A stretch of DNA of 64,000 nt. It comes from Clostridia bacterium (GTDB taxonomy: Bacteria; Bacillota; Clostridia; Monoglobales; Monoglobaceae). The notes below the pieces were generated by a model. It searched no databases and was not told where the DNA came from. It saw nothing but the letters and a program-made list of their open reading frames with translations. Numbering within the stretch: the first letter of the stretch is position 1; each line of letters begins with the position of its first letter. The position numbers and the translations under genes are program-made. The stretch spans positions 30,221-94,220 of the forward strand of contig JAGAUW010000012.1 of assembly GCA_017620615.1 (NCBI GenBank), in the 5' to 3' direction. Positions 55,568-62,475 of the stretch are shown here, one piece after another.

Positions 55568-56229
55568 TGGTAGAAGTAATACAATGGTGTAATGACAATG
55601 AGGGGTTTGTATCTATGCTTCTTTCTGCTATTACGGTGTTAATTTCTCTATATGTTATGTATAAATCAAATGATAATTCTAAAAAAATCTCAGAGAAACA
55701 AGCCGAGTTAGAAAAGAATATTGCACTTAGACAGGAAGATATGCAAAGGCGACAGATAAAAGTTGATACATATCCTTATAGGGCGGAATGTTGGGAAAAA
55801 TTATATATGTTGCGTGAAGAGACCGAAATACTCAAAACTGCATTTCAAGTAGAAACTTTTTCTAATTTAAACATACACGAAATAAGCGCAAAACTTCAAC
55901 CATTTTATACAACATATAAAGAAAGTGTAATTGCACTTAATCGAGCACGAAATATATTTCCAGTTAGTTCTTGGGGGAGAATAGATTATATCAAACTCTG
56001 TGTCGAAAAAAACAATAATATTATTTGTAAATTTAAGATTTACAATGATGTTCTTACAGAGGAAGACAAAAAAGGCAAGGAAGAAGAAAAAAAGCACGAC
56101 TTGTTGCAGTTCTCAAAAGGCCTAAATATTATATCGAGAGAATTGTCGGAGGTTTTGCGTTTAGTTGATAAAGATTTATGTATCGCAGAACTTCATTCTT
56201 GGAAAGGCATATATGACAAAGGAGAGTAA
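55567..56229 (+). CDS. Single-pass membrane protein with coiled-coil region (220 aa)
   Basis: N-terminal hydrophobic helix VSMLLSAITVLISLYVMY followed by K/E/Q-rich helices. ATG overlaps the upstream TAA by 1 nt. hsdR starts 2 nt after its stop. Confidence 0.6.
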   Translation: MVEVIQWCNDNEGFVSMLLSAITVLISLYVMYKSNDNSKKISEKQAELEKNIALRQEDMQRRQIKVDTYPYRAECWEKLYMLREETEILKTAFQVETFSNLNIHEISAKLQPFYTTYKESVIALNRARNIFPVSSWGRIDYIKLCVEKNNNIICKFKIYNDVLTEEDKKGKEEEKKHDLLQFSKGLNIISRELSEVLRLVDKDLCIAELHSWKGIYDKGE

Positions 56230-56231
56230 TT

Positions 56232-59200
56232 ATGGGAGTATTTTTCACAGAAGCAGATTATGAAAATTCCGTAATCGAACTGTTCAAGGGGTTAGGCTAT
56301 ACCTATATCTATGCTCCTGAACTTGAACGGGATTTGAAAAGCCCTTTATATGAAGAAGAACTGATGAGTGCGTTATACAGGTTAAATCCAGATTTGCCTG
56401 ATAGCGCTATTTCGGATGCTCTTTATAAATTAAAGAACTATGAGAACGGCGAACTCGTGCAGAAGAACGCCGTATTTATGGACTACCTGCAGAATGGTAT
56501 CCCCGTACGGTATTTAGATAAAGGCGAAGAACGCTCTGCTCTCTGTTACCTTGTTGATTATAAGAATATTGACAATAACTCCTTTGTTGTGGCAAACCAA
56601 TGGACTTTCATCGAAAATAGTAATAAGCGCCCAGATGTGCTGCTGTTCCTGAATGGTATGCCTGTTGTTCTGGTAGAATTGAAATCACCATCACGTGAAG
56701 AAACGGATGCGTCGGAAGCATATTTGCAGATAAGGAACTATATGCAGGAAATTCCTTCAATGTTCATTTATAATGCAATCTGTGTTATGAGCGACCAATT
56801 GACATCAAAAGCAGGAACTATAACATCCGGAGAAGACCGCTTTATGGAGTGGAAAACCAAAGACGGTAATTATGAGAATACGCAGTATGCACAGTTTGAT
56901 ACTTTTTTTGAAGGTATGTTCCAAAAGGACAGACTGCTTGATATCATAAAGAACTTCATATGCTTCTCTAATGAAGGCATAAAAAGTTTCAAGATTTTAG
57001 CAGGTTATCATCAGTATTATGCCGTAAATAAAGCGGTAGTTTCTACGAAAAAAGGAACTATGACAGATGGTAAAGGTGGTGTATTCTGGCATACACAAGG
57101 AAGTGGTAAATCGCTTTCAATGGTATTTTACGCCCATCTGCTGCAAGAAAAATTGGACAGCCCTACTATCGTGGTACTTACAGACCGTAATGACCTTGAT
57201 GACCAATTATACGGACAGTTTGCAAAATGTAAGGATTTCTTGCGTCAGGAACCGATACAGGCTGAAAGCCGAGAGCATCTGAAATCGTTACTTGATGGCA
57301 GACGGGCTAACGGTATCATTTTCACAACGATGCAGAAATTTGAAGAAGCCGACAATGCTCTTTCCGAACGTCGTAATATTATCGTTATGGCTGATGAAGC
57401 GCATCGTGGTCAGTACGGGTTGTCTGAAAAAATCAAGATGACTAAAAATGAAGATGGTGAAGAAATCGCAAAAAGAGTTGTTGGTACTGCTCGTATTATC
57501 AGGAACAGTTTGCCGAATGCTACATACATTGGCTTTACTGGTACTCCTATATCTGCAAAGGACAGAAATACCAGAGAAATCTTTGGTGATTACATAGATA
57601 TTTATGATATGACACAGGCTGTTGAAGACGGTGCTACTCGCCCTGTTTACTACGAAAGCCGAGTTATTAAGTTAAACCTTGACGAGAATACGCTGAAGCT
57701 TATTGATGCGGAATATGAGATTATGGCTCATAATGCCGATGAGCAGGTTATAGAACAGAGTAAGCGTGAGTTAGGTCAGATGGAAGCCGTATTGGGTAAT
57801 GACCAGACTATCAACTCCCTTGTAAACGATATTTTAGACCACTATGAGAACTATCGTGAAAACCTGCTTACAGGTAAAGCGATGATAGTTGCATATTCAC
57901 GCCCGATAGCGATGAAAATATATAAGAGAATACTTGAAGTAAGACCTGCTTGGAAGGACAAGGTTGGCGTTGTTATGACAAGCAGCAACAAAGACCCTGA
58001 AGAATGGCACTCTATCGTAGGTAACAAACATCATAAAGATGAGTTGGCATTGAAGTTCAAGGACAATGACAGTCCGCTGAAAATTGCTATCGTTGTAGAT
58101 ATGTGGCTTACGGGCTTTGATGTTCCTTCCCTTGCTACTATGTATGTTTATAAGCCTATGAGTGGTTATAATCTGATGCAGGCGATTGCTCGTGTAAATC
58201 GTGTGTTTAGAGATAAAGAAGGCGGTCTTGTAGTTGACTATGTTGGTATCGCATCTGCTCTTAAACAAGCGATGAATGATTATACGGTGCGTGACCGTAA
58301 GAATTACGGAGACACCGATGTTGCGAAGGTTGCATATCCGAAATTCCTTGAAAAGTTATCTATATGTAAAGACCTGTTTCATGGGTATGATTATGATAAG
58401 TTCAAAACGGGAACAGACCTTGAACGTGCAAAGACAATCAGCGGTGCCGTAAACTTTATCATCGCTCGTGAGAAAGAAAAAGAAAGAGAAGATTTTGTGA
58501 AAGAAGCACTTATGCTGCATCAGGCGTTGTCCTTGTGTTCTTCTCTGGTAGATAAAGATATGAGATTTGAAGCCGCTTTCTTTGAAGCCGTAAGGGTTAT
58601 GGTAATAAGGCTTACCAATCAGGGAACAGGCAAGAAAATTTCATTACCTGAAATGAACGCCCGTATCAATGAACTGTTAAAGCAGAGCATCAAGAGCGAC
58701 GGCGTAATCAACTTATTCTCCGATGTTCAGCAGGAGTTCTCACTATTTGACCCCAAGTTCCTTGAAGAAATCAGCAAGATGAAAGAAAAGAACTTGGCGG
58801 TTGAACTGTTGAAGAAACTTATTGCCGAACAGATACATGTATATAAGAGAACTAATGTTGTTAAATCCGAAAAGTTTAGTGACATCATTCACGAAGTAAT
58901 GAATAGGTACTTAAACGGTATGCTTACCAACGAGCAGGTTATTGAAGAACTTATGAACCTTGCAAAGCAGATTTCCAAAGCAAAAGAAGAAGGCGAAGAA
59001 TTAGGTTTATCTCCTGATGAGTTAGCATTTTATGATGCTTTGACAAAGCCACAGGCCGTTAAGGACTTCTATGAGAATGATGAACTTATTGCAATCACAA
59101 AAGAACTGACAGATGCTTTGAGAAAGAACAAAACGGTAGATTGGCAAAGAAAAGACAGCGCACGTGCCAAGATGCGTATGCTTATCAAGAAACTTCTTAA

Positions 59201-59291
59201 AAAGCATAAGTACCCACCAGAAGGTATGGATGATGCGGTACAGACTGTTATGGTTCAGTGCGAACTATGGGTAGATAATGAAGAGATGTAA
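56232..59291 (+). CDS. hsdR: Type I restriction enzyme R subunit
   Basis: 1019 aa. N-terminal nuclease region (PDVLLFLNGMPVVLVELK), helicase motifs GSGKS, MADEAHRGQ, GFTGTP, and QAIARVNR. Confidence 0.95.
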   Translation: MGVFFTEADYENSVIELFKGLGYTYIYAPELERDLKSPLYEEELMSALYRLNPDLPDSAISDALYKLKNYENGELVQKNAVFMDYLQNGIPVRYLDKGEERSALCYLVDYKNIDNNSFVVANQWTFIENSNKRPDVLLFLNGMPVVLVELKSPSREETDASEAYLQIRNYMQEIPSMFIYNAICVMSDQLTSKAGTITSGEDRFMEWKTKDGNYENTQYAQFDTFFEGMFQKDRLLDIIKNFICFSNEGIKSFKILAGYHQYYAVNKAVVSTKKGTMTDGKGGVFWHTQGSGKSLSMVFYAHLLQEKLDSPTIVVLTDRNDLDDQLYGQFAKCKDFLRQEPIQAESREHLKSLLDGRRANGIIFTTMQKFEEADNALSERRNIIVMADEAHRGQYGLSEKIKMTKNEDGEEIAKRVVGTARIIRNSLPNATYIGFTGTPISAKDRNTREIFGDYIDIYDMTQAVEDGATRPVYYESRVIKLNLDENTLKLIDAEYEIMAHNADEQVIEQSKRELGQMEAVLGNDQTINSLVNDILDHYENYRENLLTGKAMIVAYSRPIAMKIYKRILEVRPAWKDKVGVVMTSSNKDPEEWHSIVGNKHHKDELALKFKDNDSPLKIAIVVDMWLTGFDVPSLATMYVYKPMSGYNLMQAIARVNRVFRDKEGGLVVDYVGIASALKQAMNDYTVRDRKNYGDTDVAKVAYPKFLEKLSICKDLFHGYDYDKFKTGTDLERAKTISGAVNFIIAREKEKEREDFVKEALMLHQALSLCSSLVDKDMRFEAAFFEAVRVMVIRLTNQGTGKKISLPEMNARINELLKQSIKSDGVINLFSDVQQEFSLFDPKFLEEISKMKEKNLAVELLKKLIAEQIHVYKRTNVVKSEKFSDIIHEVMNRYLNGMLTNEQVIEELMNLAKQISKAKEEGEELGLSPDELAFYDALTKPQAVKDFYENDELIAITKELTDALRKNKTVDWQRKDSARAKMRMLIKKLLKKHKYPPEGMDDAVQTVMVQCELWVDNEEM

Positions 59292-59341
59292 TCTTCCGAT
59301 GTGAAGTGCCGAATATTTTGCATAATTTAATAGTAATTTGA

Positions 59342-59364
59342 GAGCCGGTCTTTTGGACCGGCTC
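59342..59364 (+). terminator. Hairpin downstream of hsdR (no clear T-run)
   Basis: gagccggtc-ttttg-gaccggctc. Confidence 0.5.
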
Positions 59365-59451
59365 GTACTATGTTTACAGGAGAATATGTTGTCATCTCAT
59401 TCCGTACAGTTTTTTACGATGTGAAACGGTATTTTTTTGCATAATATGATA

Positions 59452-59478
59452 TAAAGATTAAATAGTGGGTATAAAAGC
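59452..59478 (+). repeat. Island motif copy 3: ATAAAGATTAAATAGTGGGTATAAAAG
   Basis: See copy 1. Confidence 0.7.
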
Positions 59479-59632
59479 AGAAATCACATCGGAGAGTTGC
59501 CGCATTAAAGCAAAGCGGTATTTTTCATCGTATAATGCCGATAATTTTGCACAATATAATGCTTTTATCTCTAATTAAAATGTGTTGGTTTTTTCATCGA
59601 AAAAAATCAACCCACCCTTTTTTATAAAAAAT

Positions 59633-59663
59633 CGGGAACAAAAATGCAAAATTTTTGTTCCCG
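59633..59663. terminator. 13-bp A/T-flanked hairpin in the noncoding stretch
   Basis: cgggaacaaaaat-gcaaa-atttttgttcccg. Confidence 0.5.
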
Positions 59664-59966
59664 GAGATTAACTGATTTTTAAGAAAAAGATGCTGAAGTC
59701 AAAAGCCTGTTATTTCAGCATCACATTTCTGAACATAAATTATAAAATAATCATTCAGTGTGCATGAAAAATTGAGAGACGTTTTATAAAAAGATTATAC
59801 ATGTTTTAGCTTTCAAAATATTTGTAGATTTTCACCGATTAAGGAGATGCTCTCTCGTGTCTTACAGGTTGAGATAAAATAAGATGCAAAAAATCTGCAA
59901 ATATTTAATAAAAGCATTTTGAAAGACTGATATTTCAACCTTTTTATACATCTGCCGTTTTCGTTG

Positions 59967-60545
59967 TTATTGCTGGATTTTAGGCGGATTTGCTTTTTCG
60001 TATTCTTCAAAGAGTTTATACAAGGTCTGCCTGCTGATGCCGAGTTCCTTTGCGAGTTGGGTTTTGGAATAAATCCGATGCTGCCACATTTGATACCATT
60101 CTCCGAAATTTTCGATGCTAATGGCTTTTCTTCCTTTATATTTGCCTTCTTTCTTTGCTATGGCAATGCCCTCGCGTTGGCGTTCGAGCATATTTTCTCT
60201 TTCAAAGGTGTATATAGCACCTATCATCGTAAGCATCAGCCTGCCCTGTGGGGTTGACGTATTGATGTTTTCCTTGACGGATATCAGGGTTACTTTCTTC
60301 TGTTGAAGAAATTCGACGATATCAAGTAGATTTTTTGTCGAACGAGCAATTCTTGAAAAGTCTAAAATGTAAAGCACATCGTTCTCCCTGCAAAAGTCGA
60401 GGCACTTTTGCAACTCTGGTCTATTCATATCTTTTCCCGATGCCTTTTCTATAAAATACTTCTCTATGCCGTATGATTTTAATGCTTCTTCTTGTCTTTT
60501 GGTAGATTGGTCAGAACAAGATACACGTATGTATGCACAAATCAA
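59967..60545 (-). CDS. Small serine recombinase (resolvase/invertase family)
   Basis: MICAYIRVSCSDQS... (catalytic Ser motif), ...DVLYILDFSRIARS..., and C-terminal HTH ...GISRQTLYKLFEEY. TTG start behind AAGGAG. Confidence 0.88.
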   Translation of the reverse strand: MICAYIRVSCSDQSTKRQEEALKSYGIEKYFIEKASGKDMNRPELQKCLDFCRENDVLYILDFSRIARSTKNLLDIVEFLQQKKVTLISVKENINTSTPQGRLMLTMIGAIYTFERENMLERQREGIAIAKKEGKYKGRKAISIENFGEWYQMWQHRIYSKTQLAKELGISRQTLYKLFEEYEKANPPKIQQ

Positions 60546-60718
60546 TGATAAACACTCCTTTTTCTTATGTCGTGACCGTATACTAACTCTTCAGGAGTGG
60601 TTTCGTCAAGTTTAAATTATAATGTGGTTTACAGTTCGTCTAAAACGCCCAGAAATCAATTTTATTTAGATATTTTAATCGTGTAGGTTTAAGGCATGGT
60701 CTATTTATACATTAAAAT

Positions 60719-60746
60719 AAGCACTCTCCGGTTCCGGAGAGTGCTT
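60719..60746 (-). terminator. Terminator after the XRE gene
   Basis: aagcactctccgg/ccggagagtgctt. The minus-strand tail is ttatttta. Confidence 0.7.
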
Positions 60747-61053
60747 ACTTAATTATATCATTAACAATAGAAGTTATACTGTCAAGTTGCTTGTCGCTCA
60801 TCTTTTTCAGCGAACTTATCAACACATTTAGCTTTTCGGGGTTTTGTGCATCTGTATCAAAGAAGTCACTTGGCGATATCTCCAAATATTCACAGATGAA
60901 GAAAAATGCTGCCATTGACGGTAGTGCCTTACCACATTCTACATTATTAATATATCCTGCATTCTGACCTATTGCTAAACTCATCTCTCTTGCTGACACA
61001 CCTTTTTTAGTTCTTAACTGTGCCAGGCGTAACGGAAATTCATCCTCGTACAT
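60745..61053 (-). CDS. XRE-family HTH transcriptional regulator
   Basis: ...LRLAQLRTKKGVSAREMSLAIGQNAGYINNVECGKALPSMAAFFFICEYLEISPSDFF.... Start at ATG 61053 behind GAGGTG. Confidence 0.85.
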   Translation of the reverse strand: MYEDEFPLRLAQLRTKKGVSAREMSLAIGQNAGYINNVECGKALPSMAAFFFICEYLEISPSDFFDTDAQNPEKLNVLISSLKKMSDKQLDSITSIVNDIIK

Positions 61054-61192
61054 TGATATCACCTCACTATACATAATATTATATCCCACAAAAATTAAAA
61101 TACTGCGGAACTATTCCTTAAAATGTATTGTTATATCGTAATGAAAGTGATATAATGTATATAAATGTTTGAAATAAAGTGATAAATGTGAG

Positions 61193-61735
61193 ATGAGTAA
61201 GCCGATGAGTAAAGAAAATACCGCCTGTTTCTTCGGGCATAGAAAAATTGATACATCTGATAAGTTAAAGACTATATTATATGAAGAAATTGAAAAACTG
61301 ATAACCGTTGACGGTATTAACACCTTCCTTTTCGGAAGTAAAAGCCAGTTTGATGACCTTTGTTATAAAATCGTTTCCGAATTAAAAGGGAAATATCCTG
61401 ACATCAGACGTATCTATGTCAGGGCGGAAAGCGAGTATATTGACGGCGAAGGCAGCCGAGCATATAGAGAAGGATTGATGGAACTATATGAGCATACCTA
61501 CTACCCCGAAAGTGTTTCGGGTGCTGGTAAGGCAGTTTATGTCAAGCGCAATCAGCACATGATAGATGAAAGTGCGGTATGTGTAGTCTATTACGATGAG
61601 AGTTATGCTCCTTCAAGGAGAAAGCACAGCAGGCGTGATTTGTTCGATTATCAGCCGACAAGCGGCACAGGTGTAGCCTATAAGTATGCCGAAAGGAAAA
61701 AAAGAAGAATTATAAACATTTACTCTATGTTATAA
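61193..61735 (+). CDS. SLOG-family protein (DUF1273 / YpsA-like)
   Basis: ...TACFFGHRKI...INTFLFGSKSQFDDLC...VCVVYYDE... pattern is typical of DUF1273. Divergent from the XRE gene. Confidence 0.6.
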   Translation: MSKPMSKENTACFFGHRKIDTSDKLKTILYEEIEKLITVDGINTFLFGSKSQFDDLCYKIVSELKGKYPDIRRIYVRAESEYIDGEGSRAYREGLMELYEHTYYPESVSGAGKAVYVKRNQHMIDESAVCVVYYDESYAPSRRKHSRRDLFDYQPTSGTGVAYKYAERKKRRIINIYSML

Positions 61736-61848
61736 ATTTTCATTTGTAACAAAAATGTAATAATGCCAGAATGTGTTGAGATTTCAATAAAACAATTTTT
61801 GAAATCCTGCCGTTAGAGGCATCTTCAAAAAAAGTGGTGCTCTACGCC

Positions 61849-61877
61849 TTGAAAACTCAAAGAAAGTGTGATACAAT
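61849..61877 (+). promoter_or_regulatory. Strong promoter upstream of xis leader
   Basis: TTGAAA - 17 nt - (TGa)TACAAT, extended -10. Confidence 0.6.
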
Positions 61878-62033
61878 ATTTAACGGTAGAAGAAATGTGG
61901 TCACAATGTGACCTCTGGCACAACTTTATGGTGTAAACTGTATAAGGTTGGTGGCGATGGTGGTCTGTTAGCATAGTGCTAACAGTTTATATGAGATATA
62001 CTATAAGTGAATACTGCCTTTATAGGCTTTTTC

Positions 62034-62066
62034 GGTGTGCCGTATTTTACGGCACACCATTTTTTG
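62034..62066 (+). terminator. Intrinsic terminator ~85 nt upstream of xis
   Basis: ggtgtgccg-tatttta-cggcacacc followed by attttttgtttt. Confidence 0.8.
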
Positions 62067-62149
62067 TTTTGCAGGTAAACAAAAGAAGATAGTTTTGCGG
62101 CATCTATTCAAAAACCGTAAATCTATAGAAAGGACAGGAGACGGTTCGC

Positions 62150-62344
62150 ATGAAGGAAGTTCCTATTTGGGAAAAAAGCAATCTGACCTTGGAAGAAGCT
62201 GCAGCATATTCAGGCATTGGCATCAGCAAAATTCGTCAGATGTCAGATAGAGAAGATTGTGAATTTGTCCTCTGGGTAGGTACTAAGAGATTAATCAAAA
62301 GAAGAAAATTTGATGAATATATCGATATGGCATACTCAGTATGA
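62150..62344 (+). CDS. xis: Excisionase (Tn916 Xis-like)
   Basis: MKEVPIWEKSNLTLEEAAAYSGIGISKIRQM...LIKRRKFDEYI parallels the Tn916 Xis pattern (IPIWE..TLT.EEA..Y..IG..K.R). Confidence 0.85.
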   Translation: MKEVPIWEKSNLTLEEAAAYSGIGISKIRQMSDREDCEFVLWVGTKRLIKRRKFDEYIDMAYSV

Positions 62345-62386
62345 CAGATTTATAAATAATGTATTGTAATCCGGAGAAAAGGCGCC

Positions 62387-62415
62387 TTGCATATTTGGTG
62401 TCAACGCGATATAAT
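62387..62415 (+). promoter_or_regulatory. Candidate int promoter
   Basis: TTGCAT - 17 nt - TATAAT. Enclosed by the inverted repeat AAAAGGCGCCT (62377-87) / AGGTGCCTTTT (62430-40). Confidence 0.5.
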
Positions 62416-62475
62416 GGGACATCGTTGTTAGGTGCCTTTTTTCTGCAAAATTTTAGTTAGAAAGGACGAAAAATT

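Noticed and set aside
53478-60545. Phase-variable hsdS shufflon driven by the nearby serine recombinase
   Set aside because: Only one full-length hsdS is present. I found no partial or inverted hsdS copies, and no inverted repeats within hsdS.
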